Assembly (NCBI GenBank): GCA_046290465.1
Contig: JBKAGP010000001.1
Coordinates: 2,208,001 to 2,272,000, forward strand
Direction of reading: 5' to 3'
DNA: 64,000 nucleotides
Source of the DNA: Planctomycetota bacterium
GTDB lineage: Bacteria > Planctomycetota > UBA1135 > UBA2386
Positions within the stretch are counted from its first letter, which is position 1. Each line of letters begins with the position of its first letter. Position numbers and translations under genes: made by a program. Below the pieces are notes generated by a model. The model saw only the letters and a program-made list of their open reading frames with translations, was not told the origin of the DNA and made no database searches. This document shows, piece by piece, positions 1-10,800 of this stretch.

Positions 1-1
1 C

Positions 2-439
2 GTGCTCGACGACCACCTGCACATGGTCTGCGAGGCCAAGGGGCGCGATGCGCTGCGGCGCGGCATGCAGGGGCTGCTGATCCGGATCGCCAAGGCGCTC
101 AACAAGCTGTGGCAGCGGCGCGGCAAGGTGTGGGCGGATCGGTTCCACGATCGGGTGCTCAAGACGCCGCGCGAGGTGCGCAACGTGCTGCGCTACGTGT
201 TCGGCAACGGCCACAAGCACTCGGCGCGCAACGGCGGCACGGGGCCCAACGTCGACGGGCCGATCGACTGCTACTCGAGCGCGCCGTGGTTCGACGGCTT
301 CCGGCCGCGGGTGCGCACGCGCGGGATCGAGGGCTTGCCGCGGCCGGTCTCCCCCACCCGCACGTGGCTGCTCAGCGCGGGGTGGCGGCGGCACGGGCTG
401 CTGTCGCCGGTTGGCGGGGCTCCGGTTGCGCCGCCGTAG
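2..439 (+). mobile_element. REP-associated tyrosine transposase (RAYT/IS200-like Y1 HUH transposase), 5'-truncated by window edge
   Basis: HUH motif DHLHM, W-x-x-R-F motif (KVWADRFH), catalytic Tyr region LRYVFGN, C-terminal SSAPWFDG and TWLL..GW segments typical of RAYT-like proteins. Confidence 0.8.
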
Positions 440-538
440 GTGCGCGCGTTGCGGCCTCCGTTATGCAAACGCCGCCAGGCGTTCGTCCGCCATGGGCGCG
501 GCCTCGCTTCGACTTCGAAGGGCGCGGACGGAGGCGGG

Positions 539-615
539 TGGCACGCCCGCCAGGATTCGAACCTGGGACCGCCGGCTTAGAAGGCCGATGCTCTATCCAG
601 CTGAGCTACGGGCGC
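539..615 (-). tRNA. tRNA-Arg(TCT)
   Basis: Reverse complement GCGCCCGTAGCTCAGCTGGATAGAGCATCGGCC-TTCTAA-GCCGGCGGTCCCAGGTTCGAATCCTGGCGGGCGTGCCA: D arm, anticodon TCT, T arm GTTCGAATC, encoded CCA. Confidence 0.97.
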
Positions 616-745
616 GTGTGGCGGCAGACGCTATCGCAGCCGTTGGTCGAGGGCCATACGCGCTAGTGGGCAAAGCCCCGTCCGCACGCGTACACGCCGC
701 TTCCGCGATCACGGTCGGCAGCGCGTCCACTACATGGACGCGCTC

Positions 746-1555
746 CTAGAACGCAAAGCCGAAGGTCAGCAGGAAGCCCTGCACGTCCCCCAGCACCACG
801 CGGGCGCGCGCCATCAGCGGCACGCGGTCGTGCTTGTAGAGGCCCTCGAAGTAGATGCCGACGTTGGTGCCGGTGATGACGGCGGGGTCGTCGTTGGCGA
901 AGCGGGCGGGGTCGTCCGACTCGTAGATGGCGGCGATGCTGTCGACCACGATGCCGGAGCTTGCCTGCACGCCGAACGCGCGGGCGCCGAAGCCGACCTC
1001 GAAGGCCGCCTCGAGGTAGCCGAAGTCCGCGTCGAAGCCGCCGACGGTCTCCGAGCCGCCGGCGATGTTGGCGGCGAAGCGGACCGGCACGACGAACTCG
1101 GCCGGGCCGGCGCGGCCGACGTCCGGTGTGCCGGCGATCCCGCCGCCGAAGCCGAACAGGTCGAACTCCTCGCCGAGCAGGGACGGCGCCCGGTAGTCCT
1201 CGGCAAAGACCTGGAAGAAGCCGCCGATGGTGCCGCTGCCGAACTCGCCGCGGAAGCCGGTGCGGTCGCGTTCGGCGTCGGTCAGGTCGGCGTCCGGCGC
1301 GCTGTCGAAGTCGACGTCGAACTGGTCGAACTCCAGCTCCTCGCGAAAGACCTGCAGGCGCACGCGGGTGTCACCGTAGGGCGTGCCGCGGCGGCGCGGC
1401 CGCGGCTTCGGCGTCGGCTCCTGAGGGATCGGGGCCAGGGTCTCGAACGGCGCGAGCGCCGGGCCCCCGCCGAACGGCTCGCGCGCCGGCGACGGCCCCT
1501 GCACGCAGGCGCTCGCCGCAGCCAGCAGGACGACGATGGACAGGATCGTGCGCAT
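746..1555 (-). CDS. Putative lipoprotein / outer-membrane beta-barrel protein
   Basis: Lipobox-like LAAASAC, Pro-rich linker, alternating amphipathic strands, C-terminal FLLTFGFAF ending in Phe. Confidence 0.65.
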   Translation of the reverse strand: MRTILSIVVLLAAASACVQGPSPAREPFGGGPALAPFETLAPIPQEPTPKPRPRRRGTPYGDTRVRLQVFREELEFDQFDVDFDSAPDADLTDAERDRTGFRGEFGSGTIGGFFQVFAEDYRAPSLLGEEFDLFGFGGGIAGTPDVGRAGPAEFVVPVRFAANIAGGSETVGGFDADFGYLEAAFEVGFGARAFGVQASSGIVVDSIAAIYESDDPARFANDDPAVITGTNVGIYFEGLYKHDRVPLMARARVVLGDVQGFLLTFGFAF

Positions 1556-1598
1556 GGTCGGGGCCAGACGTTAGGCGTTGGCCACCGCGCGGTCTCGC

Positions 1599-2534
1599 TC
1601 AATCGTCGTCGGCGACGGCGGCATCCTGCCCAGGCTCCGGCTGGGTCCGGTAGCGATCGTGGATCCACAGGTACTGCTCCGGCGCCCGTCGGATCAGCCG
1701 CTCCAGCCGTTCGTTGACCTGCCCGACCGCGCGCAGCAGATCGCCGCCCTTGTCGCCGGTCTTCGCCGGCACGAACGGCTCCTCGGCGACCAGTTCGAAG
1801 CGGAACCGCAGCCCCTTGCGCAGCGCGGCGCCGACGACGATCGCATAGCCGTGGCGCAGCGCGAGGCTGACCGCGGCGCGCTCGCAGCTGGCGACCTTGC
1901 CGAAGAACGGCGCGAACACGCCGCGCAACCGCTGGTTCTGGTCGACCACCTGCAGGCCGACGCCGCCGGCCGCCATCGCGTTGGCGAGGTCGCGGAAGCC
2001 GCCGCGCCGCGGGTGGATCTTCAGCCCGCCGCGTTCGCGCGTGCCGAGGATCCAGCGGTTGAGCAGCGGGTTCTTGGTGATGCGGGCGATGCCGTGTGCC
2101 GTACCGTTGAGCTGGGCCATGCCCACCGCGGCGACCTCCCAGCTGCCGAGGTGCGCGGTCAACCCGAAGAACGGCGCCTGCACCCGGTCCAGCTGCTGCT
2201 TCGCATCCGCGAAGTCGACGACCTGCGACAGGTCGCCGCCGCCGTCGAGCAACCGCGTCAGCCGCGCCATGTCGAGCGGCACCATGAACAGGTTGGCGGT
2301 CGCATCGCTGCCGAGCCGCAGCTGCTCGCGTTCGGAGAGCTCGGGGTAGGCCTGCTGCAGGAAGCGCAGCGCGAACCGGCGGCGGCGGCCGTCGACGCGG
2401 AACCACAGCCGACCGAGCCACGACGCCATCCGGTAGCCGAGCCACTGCGGCACGCGCGCCGCGGTGCCGATCGCGAGCCGCGCGAGCACGTAGACGACGC
2501 GGTCGACGAGCCGCACCTTGCGCCCCCCGCTCAC
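1599..2534 (-). CDS. lpxL: Lipid A biosynthesis acyltransferase (LpxL/HtrB family)
   Basis: TAHLGSWE, VVDQN, APFFG and PEQYLWIHDRY motifs; adjacent to lpxK. Confidence 0.88.
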   Translation of the reverse strand: MSGGRKVRLVDRVVYVLARLAIGTAARVPQWLGYRMASWLGRLWFRVDGRRRRFALRFLQQAYPELSEREQLRLGSDATANLFMVPLDMARLTRLLDGGGDLSQVVDFADAKQQLDRVQAPFFGLTAHLGSWEVAAVGMAQLNGTAHGIARITKNPLLNRWILGTRERGGLKIHPRRGGFRDLANAMAAGGVGLQVVDQNQRLRGVFAPFFGKVASCERAAVSLALRHGYAIVVGAALRKGLRFRFELVAEEPFVPAKTGDKGGDLLRAVGQVNERLERLIRRAPEQYLWIHDRYRTQPEPGQDAAVADDD

Positions 2535-3538
2535 AGCAGGAACTCCCGCGGCGGCGGCGGCGCGTCGACGAACTGCAGGTCGATGCGCAGCACGTGACGT
2601 TCGACGTCGAAGCCGTCGAGGCGCGCGTCGTCCTTCTCGGTGGTCAGCAGCATGGCGTCGTGTTCTACGGCCAGCCCGGCCGCGGCACCGACCTCCGCGG
2701 CCGTGAACCGATGGTGGTCGCGGTGCACGACCTCGTCGACGACCTCGGCGCCGAGACCTTCGACCGTCGCCCGGAAGCTCTTCGGCTTGGCGATCGCCGA
2801 CAGCAGCACGACCCGTCGGCCGCGCAACGACGACGCCTCGCGGACGTCACCCGACGGCCGTGCGACGCAGTCCCTGGGAGCATGCGTGCAGGCGTGCACG
2901 CCGAGCCCCGGCTTGCCGCTGAGCTGCCGGATCCGCTGCACGCGCGCCGCCAACTGATCGCGGTCGAGGCCGTGCGCGCGCGTCAGCAGCACCAGGCCGG
3001 CGCGCCGCAGCCCGGACCGGAACTCACGAAGGTCCCCCGCCGGCAGGCAGTGGCCGTTGCCGAACGGCATGCGCGCATCGAGGCAGACGACGTCGAGGTC
3101 GCGGTGCAGCCGTCGGTGCTGGAAGCCGTCGTCGAGCACGACGAAGTCGGCGCCCTTGGCGACCAGCCGCCGGCCCGCCGCGACGCGATCCGGATCCTGC
3201 TCCTGCAGCAACCACGGCAGCCGCCGCTGCAGCAACACGCCCTCGTCATTGAGCTGCGCCCCGTCGGCGCGACCGTAGCCACGCGCCAGCACGCCCGGCG
3301 TGCGACCGGCGTCCTTCGCCAGCTGACACAGCCAGGCGACCGTCGGGGTCTTGCCGGTGCCGCCGACGGTCAGGTTGCCGATCGAGACGACCGGCACGTC
3401 GAGCTTCTGCACCTTCTTCCAGCCGAGCGTGAACAGCGCGTTGCGGGCCGCAGCGACCGTGCCGTAGAGCACGGCGAGCGGCCACAGCGCCTGCCTCAGC
3501 GTCTGCGGCAGCGGGTTCGCGCTCGCGTCCGAGCTCAC
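2531..3538 (-). CDS. lpxK: Tetraacyldisaccharide 4'-kinase
   Basis: VVSIGNLTVGGTGKTP P-loop, LARGYG, LDDGFQH, LPAGDLRE, LTTEKD; GTG start overlaps the fabD stop. Confidence 0.95.
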   Translation of the reverse strand: MSSDASANPLPQTLRQALWPLAVLYGTVAAARNALFTLGWKKVQKLDVPVVSIGNLTVGGTGKTPTVAWLCQLAKDAGRTPGVLARGYGRADGAQLNDEGVLLQRRLPWLLQEQDPDRVAAGRRLVAKGADFVVLDDGFQHRRLHRDLDVVCLDARMPFGNGHCLPAGDLREFRSGLRRAGLVLLTRAHGLDRDQLAARVQRIRQLSGKPGLGVHACTHAPRDCVARPSGDVREASSLRGRRVVLLSAIAKPKSFRATVEGLGAEVVDEVVHRDHHRFTAAEVGAAAGLAVEHDAMLLTTEKDDARLDGFDVERHVLRIDLQFVDAPPPPREFLL

Positions 3539-4449
3539 GCCTGCAGCGCCGCGACCTCGTCCGCCGTCGTCGCCGCGGCGGTCTCGACGCCGTCGACGCC
3601 GGCCCCGGTCGCGATCCGCTTGACCATGTTGACGAGCGTCGGCTTCGGGCCGCACTCGACGAACTGACGCACGCCGTCGTCGAGCATGCCGGTCACCGTC
3701 GGCAGCCACAGCACCGCGCCCGCGAACTGCCGCTTCAGCGCGTCGCGCGCCGCGTCGGCGGTCGTCACCGGCTTCGCGTCGACGTTGCACCAGATCGGGA
3801 ACGCCGGGTCGTTCATCGGCACGGCGTCGAGCACCTCGGCGAACTTCGCGCCGGCCTCCTGCAGCAGCGAGCAGTGGAACGGCACGCTGACCGCGAGCTT
3901 CATCGCCTTGCGCGGCGGCGCCAGCTCGACCAGCTGATCCATCGCCGCCATCGCACCCGAGACGACCGTCTGCTGCGGTTCGTTTTTGTTGGCGATCTCG
4001 CAGACGCCCTTGTCGACCTTGGCGACCAGCGCCTCGACGTCCTCGATGCCCATCTTGCGCAGCACGACCATGCCGCCGGTGCCGACCGGCACCGCGTTCT
4101 GCATGAACGTCGCGCGCTGCCGCACCAGCTTGACCGCGTCGCCCAGCGACAACGTGCCGGCCGCGACGTGCGCGGCATACTCACCGAGGCTGTGGCCCGC
4201 CGCGAGATCCGGCGTCATGCCGAGCGCGCGGAACGCGGCCACCGCGACGGTCAGCGTCGCCGGCTGCGTGTTCTCGGTCAGCTGCAGCTTCTCGTCCGGG
4301 CCTTCGAAGCACAGCTCGGTGATCGACTCCCCTAGCGCCTCGTCCGCCTCGGCGAAGGTCTCGCGAGCGCGGTCGAAGCGCTCGACGAGGTCCTTGCCCA
4401 TACCCGTGAACTGCGATCCCTGGCCGGTGAACAAAAAGGCGCGTTGCAT
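3535..4449 (-). CDS. fabD: Malonyl-CoA:ACP transacylase
   Basis: FTGQGSQ, TENTQPA, GHSLGEY nucleophile motif, VSVPFHC. Confidence 0.96.
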   Translation of the reverse strand: MQRAFLFTGQGSQFTGMGKDLVERFDRARETFAEADEALGESITELCFEGPDEKLQLTENTQPATLTVAVAAFRALGMTPDLAAGHSLGEYAAHVAAGTLSLGDAVKLVRQRATFMQNAVPVGTGGMVVLRKMGIEDVEALVAKVDKGVCEIANKNEPQQTVVSGAMAAMDQLVELAPPRKAMKLAVSVPFHCSLLQEAGAKFAEVLDAVPMNDPAFPIWCNVDAKPVTTADAARDALKRQFAGAVLWLPTVTGMLDDGVRQFVECGPKPTLVNMVKRIATGAGVDGVETAAATTADEVAALQA

Positions 4450-4496
4450 GCGCCCCAGCATTCCGCCGGACCCCGGCAGGGATCAAGCGCGTTCTG

Positions 4497-5531
4497 CTAG
4501 TTACGCCGGCCGCGGGTGCGGGCGCGCTCGGCGCGGCGCCGCTCGCGTTTGCTCATCGGCTTCTTCTCGACGGCGGCGTTCGGGTCGATGCCGTTCTGTT
4601 CGCAGGCCGTCATCCAGTCATCGAACTTCTCGACGAACTCCAGCTCCAGCTTGCTCGGGTTGGCACCGATCACGACGCGCCGCCGCGCGATCTCGTTCTT
4701 CTTGGCCTCGTTCCAGCCCATCTTCGGCGGGAACTTGCGCAGCAGCTCCGACCACAGCAGCTTCTTCTGCACCTCTTGGGTGGTGACCTTGGCCTTGCCG
4801 GTCTTCTCGTCCTGCCCGGACGCGCCGGCGACCGGCTTGGCGTCACCGCCGACCTCGGCCGTCTCGGCCTTGGCGCCTTCGGCCTTCTCGGCGCCGGCGA
4901 CCGGCGTGGCCTGCGCACCGGGCTTGCCCGGCCTCCACGAGCCGAGTTCCTCGACCGTCGGCGGCGCGTTGCCGCCCGGCTGGTTTCCCGGCTGGTTTCC
5001 CGGCTGGTTTCGCTGGCCGGTCGTCTTGCCGGCGTCGCCGCCCGCCTTGCCGTTGGCCTTGAGCGCCGCGCGCGCCTTGCGTTCGGCGGCGCGCTTCTCG
5101 GCCATCTGCATCTCGTCCTCGATCTCCTGCAGCTGCTTCTGCGACAGACGCTGCACCACCTCGTAGGCCTTCAGGCTCTCGAACGGCACGAAGATGTAGC
5201 TGCGCGTGCCGCCGCTGTACCACAGCCGGATGCCGGCGCCGCGTTCGCGCGCCTGCGCCTCGACGAAGCGCAGGCCGTCGACGCGCTCGACCAGTCGGCC
5301 GTCCTTGACGACGCCGGTCAGGCGGTTGCCGTTGCGCAGCCGCACGCGAACGCGCACGTGGCTCTTCACCACGCGGCCCTCGGTGATCTGGTTGCGCATG
5401 TTGCGTGCCCGCTGGTCGGCGCGCGCGGTCTTCTTCGCGGGCTTCGACTTCACGCCCCCGGGCGGTGCCGGGTTCTGCGCGGAGACCAGCGCGGCGAGCA
5501 GCGAGGCGACGATGCAGGAATGCCACTTCAT
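4497..5531 (-). CDS. Secreted hypothetical protein (basic, with (NQPG)3 low-complexity linker)
   Basis: Signal peptide ending VSA-Q; coding-like codon bias; no family recognised. Confidence 0.75.
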   Translation of the reverse strand: MKWHSCIVASLLAALVSAQNPAPPGGVKSKPAKKTARADQRARNMRNQITEGRVVKSHVRVRVRLRNGNRLTGVVKDGRLVERVDGLRFVEAQARERGAGIRLWYSGGTRSYIFVPFESLKAYEVVQRLSQKQLQEIEDEMQMAEKRAAERKARAALKANGKAGGDAGKTTGQRNQPGNQPGNQPGGNAPPTVEELGSWRPGKPGAQATPVAGAEKAEGAKAETAEVGGDAKPVAGASGQDEKTGKAKVTTQEVQKKLLWSELLRKFPPKMGWNEAKKNEIARRRVVIGANPSKLELEFVEKFDDWMTACEQNGIDPNAAVEKKPMSKRERRRAERARTRGRRN

Positions 5532-5645
5532 GCCCGCTGTATCGGCCGGACGACGCCGCGGACTTGCCCCCGGTCCCGGACCGGGACGCCGCGGCCTGGG
5601 TCGAAGCGACCCGGATGGGCGTTCTCCCGGGGCCAGAACGCCGTG

Positions 5646-6590
5646 TCAGCGACCGCGCCGGGCCGACAGCAGCAGCAGCGAGAACTCCAGCTCCGGGTCT
5701 TCCGGATGGCGGGCCCGGGCGCCGAACAGCCCCCCGCACAGGGCGAACGGCGGGCTCGGGTCGGCGACCAGCAGCTCGATGTCGAGCGCCGGTCTGCCGT
5801 TGACCTCGAGCTCCATCGGCAGCGACCAGGTCGGATCGTAGTTGCCCGGCAGCGGCGAGGTCCTCTGCATCGTGCGATGGAACTGCGGCCGCAACACCAC
5901 CGACGCGCCGAGGTTGGAGATCACCGACCACAGCGACGGCTTCTCGACGACCTGCCACAGCAGCGGCGCCAGCACGTCGTCCTCCTGCACGACCTGCAGC
6001 AGCGACACCGCGCACACGGTCGCCTGTGCCAGTTCGCGGGTCCGCACCGGCAACACTACGGCTTTGTCCGGCTCGATCGCGCCGCGCAGGCCTTCGGGCA
6101 GGCGCCGTTCGACCAGTTCGCACGCGGCGGCGACACCGCTGTCGAGGAAGTCGCGCGGCAGCCGTGGCTCGGAGCGTCCGAGCACGGCGCCTGCCTCGTC
6201 CATCACCACCGCCTCGACGCGGCACATGCGCGACGCGAAGTGCTCCTGCTGGCCGTTGATGCGCAGCCACCAGTCGACCGCGGGCGCCTCGCCGTCCCCC
6301 TCGGCCTCGAGCAGCGGATCGAGCAGCCGCAGCTGCAACAGCCAGTTGCGCACCCCGCCGTCCTTGCGCAGGCGCAGGCCGAACAGCACCGCGTCGCCGG
6401 CCCGCCAGGCGCCCGTCGCGTCGCGGCGGTCGAAGCCCTGCAGCAGGCGCGCCGGCGCCGGGAAGTCGCGCGTGTCCAGCGGCGACGCGGCGGCATCGAG
6501 CTGCAGGGCCGGCACGGACGGCGCATGGCACGCGCACAGGGCGAGCAGTGCCAGCGTCACCAGCGTCGACATCGCCAGCTTCGGGGTCAT
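5646..6590 (-). CDS. Hypothetical lipoprotein
   Basis: Hydrophobic leader with LCAC lipobox; start chosen at MTPKLAM, uncertain. Confidence 0.65.
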   Translation of the reverse strand: MTPKLAMSTLVTLALLALCACHAPSVPALQLDAAASPLDTRDFPAPARLLQGFDRRDATGAWRAGDAVLFGLRLRKDGGVRNWLLQLRLLDPLLEAEGDGEAPAVDWWLRINGQQEHFASRMCRVEAVVMDEAGAVLGRSEPRLPRDFLDSGVAAACELVERRLPEGLRGAIEPDKAVVLPVRTRELAQATVCAVSLLQVVQEDDVLAPLLWQVVEKPSLWSVISNLGASVVLRPQFHRTMQRTSPLPGNYDPTWSLPMELEVNGRPALDIELLVADPSPPFALCGGLFGARARHPEDPELEFSLLLLSARRGR

Positions 6591-6724
6591 TCGGGAGCGG
6601 TGCATCCGGTGCGGACCCAACGGTAACAGGTCGCGCGCCGCGACGCCCATCGCGGCGGCCGTTGGGGAAAACACCCGTCCCGGTTTGCTAAGGTGGCGCC
6701 TCCCCATCCGTCGATTGCCCGCCC

Positions 6725-7003
6725 ATGAAGATGCGTCTCACGGCAGCCAGTCTCCTGCTCTTCGCAGGTCTTTCGTCTTGCGGCACCTCGCACACGGCAC
6801 GCTGGGTCTACGGCGCCTCTTCGACGTTCGAGGAGCCGAGCCCGCACTCCGAGGAGAACGCGCTGCGCGCTGCGATCGGCCTGCCGGTGATCGTCGGCGG
6901 GGTCGCGTTCGACGTGGTCACGTTCCCGGTGCAGATCATGTTCGGCGTCTGGCCCTGGTGGGGCGACGCGTCGCTGCACATGAAGCCCGACCAGCAGGAC
7001 TGA
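6725..7003 (+). CDS. Small lipoprotein (YceK/YidQ-like)
   Basis: LSSC lipobox followed by GT..; FDVVTFP segment resembles the DxxxLP motif of YceK/YidQ. Confidence 0.65.
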   Translation: MKMRLTAASLLLFAGLSSCGTSHTARWVYGASSTFEEPSPHSEENALRAAIGLPVIVGGVAFDVVTFPVQIMFGVWPWWGDASLHMKPDQQD

Positions 7004-7230
7004 TCGCTGCAGCGAGCCGATCGCCCGGCCGGCTCATCAGCCGGGTGGCCGCAGCGGGCGATGGCATGGCGGATACGCGACCCGCCGTGGGACCGCCTCG
7101 CCAGAAAACCTGCGCAATCCGCGTGCGCCTGGACCGGGCCCGCCCTTGGTCCGGTGCACGCCATGACCACGCTCGCACAGCTCCGCAACCTGCTCGGCCG
7201 ACGCCTGATCGCGCGAATCCCCGACGCAGC

Positions 7231-7258
7231 TTGCCGAGCACGGAAACCCGTGCAGAAT
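7231..7258 (+). promoter_or_regulatory. Possible sigma70-type promoter for the ECF-kinase operon
   Basis: TTGCCG-N16-CAGAAT upstream of the TTG start at 7286. Confidence 0.3.
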
Positions 7259-7285
7259 CGAGGCTTCTCGACCCGGGTTCCGTTC

Positions 7286-7876
7286 TTGGACGACAACACG
7301 CGCAATCTGGTCAACCGCGCCCTCGAGCAGGATCGTGACGCGATCGATCTGCTGTTCGACCGCTACCGGGACCGGCTGCGGGCCGCGCTGCGCAAGCTGA
7401 TCGGCCCCAAGTATCGCGTGCTGATGGCCGACAGCGAGGACGCCACCCACGACGCGATCCTGTCGGCGCTGCGGCGGCTGCACCAGTTCGAGTATCGGGG
7501 CGAGGGTTCTTTCCTGGCCTGGCTGCTGAAGGGCGCCGAGTACGAGATCATCCGCCGCATCCGCGCGCTCGAGACCAAGAAGCGCGCGGCCGGCGCGCGG
7601 GCGGTCGCGATCGACGACGCTGCGGACCTCGTGCAGGCCAGGGACGCGACCCCGTCCCAGGTGCACGACGAGACCGAGCTGGCCGAACGGATCCGCTGTG
7701 CCATGCAGCAGCTGCCCGACCGCGAGCGCGAGATCATCGTGCTGCGGCGCTACCTCGAACTCGACACGGCGGAGATCTGCGCGGAGATGGGGCTGCCGAC
7801 CGAGGGCGCCGTGCGCGCCCTGCTGTCGCGGGCGCAGGCCCGGCTCGCCGGGCTGCTGTCGCGGCGGGAGGACTGA
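7286..7876 (+). CDS. ECF RNA polymerase sigma factor (Ser/Thr kinase associated)
   Basis: Region 2 (DSEDATHDAIL..FEYRGEGSFLAWL) and region 4 (LPDREREIIVLR..AEICAEMG..AVRALLSRA); start uncertain (TTG 7286 or GTG 7250). Confidence 0.9.
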   Translation: MDDNTRNLVNRALEQDRDAIDLLFDRYRDRLRAALRKLIGPKYRVLMADSEDATHDAILSALRRLHQFEYRGEGSFLAWLLKGAEYEIIRRIRALETKKRAAGARAVAIDDAADLVQARDATPSQVHDETELAERIRCAMQQLPDREREIIVLRRYLELDTAEICAEMGLPTEGAVRALLSRAQARLAGLLSRRED

Positions 7877-7877
7877 C

Positions 7878-10800
7878 GTGGGCGAGCGACCAGAGCCCGA
7901 ACTCGTCCGCCAAGACGAGGCCCGCCGCGGCGAACAGGTGCAGCAGGCGGTCGAGGCGTTCGTCGAGCGGCACACCGCCGGCAAGGCGCCGGACCCGATG
8001 ACGTTCGCCGAGGAATACCCGCAGGAGCTGCGCCCGGACATCCTGTCGCAGTGTCGCGAGTTCCTGATGTTCGACGGCATGCTCGGCCACCAGGAGTGGC
8101 TGGACGACGAACCCGACGAGCCCGGCGGGCGGCTGTTCGGCGACTTCGTCATCCAGGAGGAGCTCGGCCGCGGCGGCATGGGCGTGGTCTACCTCGCCCA
8201 CCAACGCTCGCTCGACCGACGCGTCGCGCTGAAGGTGATGGCCAGCGGCCTGACGCTGAGCAAGCGCCACGTCGAGCGGTTCCGCCGCGAGGCGATGGCC
8301 ACCGCGCAGCTGCGCCACCCGGCGATCGTGCCGGTGCACAGCCTGATCGAGGTCGACGGCACGTTCGCGCTGGCGATGGACTACGTCGCCGGCCGCAACC
8401 TCGCCGACATGCTCGACGACCTTCGCCTGCGCAACCGCGAGGGCGAAGGCGTGCACGACGGCAGCCTCGGCATCGCACCGGACAAGGGCTACGTCGCCGA
8501 ATGCGCGATGCTGGCCGCACAGGTCGCCTCGGCGCTGGCCGCCGCGCACCACAACCAGGTCGTGCACCGCGACCTCAAGCCGCGCAACCTGATGCTCGAC
8601 GATCGCCGTCAGGTGCGGCTGCTCGACTTCGGCCTCGCCAAGTCGCTCGACGCGACCCGCGAGAGCCTGTCGATGTCCGGCGAGATCACCGGCACCGCGC
8701 ACTACATGAGCCCGGAGCAGACGCTCGCCAAGCGCGTCGAGGTCGACCACCGGGCGGACATCTGGTCGCTCGGCGTGATCCTCTACGAGCTGCTGACGCT
8801 GAGCCGCCCGTTCGACGGCAAGAACCTGCAGCAGATCGTCTACGAGATCTGCTTCAAGGAGCCGGTCGCGCTGCAGCGACGCAACCCCAAGGTGCCGCGC
8901 GACCTGGTCACGATCTGCGCCAAGGCCCTCGAGAAGGACCCGCAGAACCGCTACCAGACCGCCGCCCAGTTCGAGGCCGACCTGCAGCGCTTCCTGCGCT
9001 GGGAGCCGGTGCACGCCAAGCCGGTGGGCGCGTGGACGCGCGCCTCCAAGTTCGTGCGGCGCCACCGCACCGAGGCCTCGATCGCCGCGGCGCTGCTGCT
9101 ACTGTTGACGACCGTGCTGTCGTTCGTCTGGTACCGCGACGCGGTCGACGCGCGACAGGCCGACGACCTGCTGCGCACCGCCAGCCGTCGCGCCGAAGCC
9201 GGCGACTACGCGCAGGCGATCACGCTGACCAACCAGGCGCTGGAGCTGCGCAACGACGAGGTCACCCGCGAACGCCTCGGCCGCTACCACGCCGAGAACA
9301 AGCGCGTCGAGAACGCGGCGGCCTGGCTGGTCGCCGAGAGCCGCCAGCTGCTCGGCCACGACCGCGAAGGTGCGATGCGGCTGGCACTCGACGCCGAACG
9401 GCAGCTGTCGTCGGCGAAGACGCGCTCGGCGGTGCTCGACGCGCTCGGCAGCGGCGTCGCCGCGCGGTCGCTGCGGATGCCGTCCAGCATCAGCACGGTC
9501 GCCGCCGTGTTCTCGCCGTCGGGCGAACGGATCGCCACCGCCGGCAACCGCGGCACGCTGCAGTTCTACCGCGACGCCGGCGCCGACCCGCGGCCGCTGC
9601 ACGGCCACGGTGCGCGGTTGCCGCTCGCCGGCGTGACGTTCGTCGACGAACGCACGCTGGTCTCGGCCGGCGTCGACGGCACGCTCCGGATCTGGAACCC
9701 GGAGGGCGGCGGCGATCCGATCACGGTGCCGCTCGACCTGCCGTTCGGCCGCATGCGGCCGGCGACGATGACCATGGACGCCGGCCGCAGCCGCGTGCTG
9801 CTGGCGCTCTACGGCCTCGCCAACGAGGTCGAACCGGGCGAACAGCGGCCGCGCCAGATCTACGGCACCCGCGCGTTCGACGCGCGCACCGGGGCCCCGC
9901 TGTCCGACTTCGTCGACCACGGCAGCTACACGATCTGCGCGCTGCGCCACGACGGCGCGCTCGCGGCGTCGTGCACCGTCGGCAGCACGCTGCGGATCTG
10001 GAACGTCACCGACGACACCGTGCAGGCCCGTCGCAAGCTGCCGCTGACCGGCCGCGCGAGCGCGATCGCGTTCTCGCCGGACGGGCGCGTGGTCGCGGTC
10101 GGCGCGCTGTCGGGACAGCTGCTGTTCCTGGATGCGACCGACGGCTCGCTGCTCGGCAGCGCGCGCCACGCGGATGCGGTGCGCTCGCTCGCGTTCTCGC
10201 CCGACGGCGAACGGCTGCTGTCCGGTTCGCGCGACTTCACCGCCCGGCTGTGGCGCTACGGCGATCGCGACGGCGCGTTCTCGGTGCGGGAGGTCGGCAC
10301 GCTCGGTGGCACCAGCGACGAGGTCCACCACGTCGCGTTCAGCGACGACGGCACGCTCGCCGCGACCGCGTCTGGCGCCGCCAACGGCGTCATCCGCGTG
10401 TTCCACACCGCCGGCATCGGCGGCCGCCAGCCGATCCACGAATACCGCGTGCGTGAGAGCGTGCTGCGGGTCGCGTTCGCGCCCGACGGGCGTCGGCTGT
10501 TGGCGACCACCTCCCGCCGGGCGCTGGTCTGGAACTTCAGCGCGGCGCGCGGCGCGATCTCGATGCACCAGCCCGGCAAGGTGCCGGCGCTCGCCTTCGT
10601 CGCCGACGACCGCCGGTTGCTGACGGCCGGCGACGACGAACGGCTGCGCCGCTGGAACGTGCGCGACGGCAAGCTCGACTGGCAGACCGAACGCCTCGGC
10701 AATCCGGTCACCGCGCTCGCCGTCGACGACCAGGACCGCCGCCTCGCCTGCGCACTGGCCGGCGGCGAGGTGCTCGTGCACGCGATCGACGACGGCGCGC

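Noticed and set aside
4975..5010. 12-bp tandem repeat
   Set aside because: Simply encodes the (NQPG)3 linker inside a CDS
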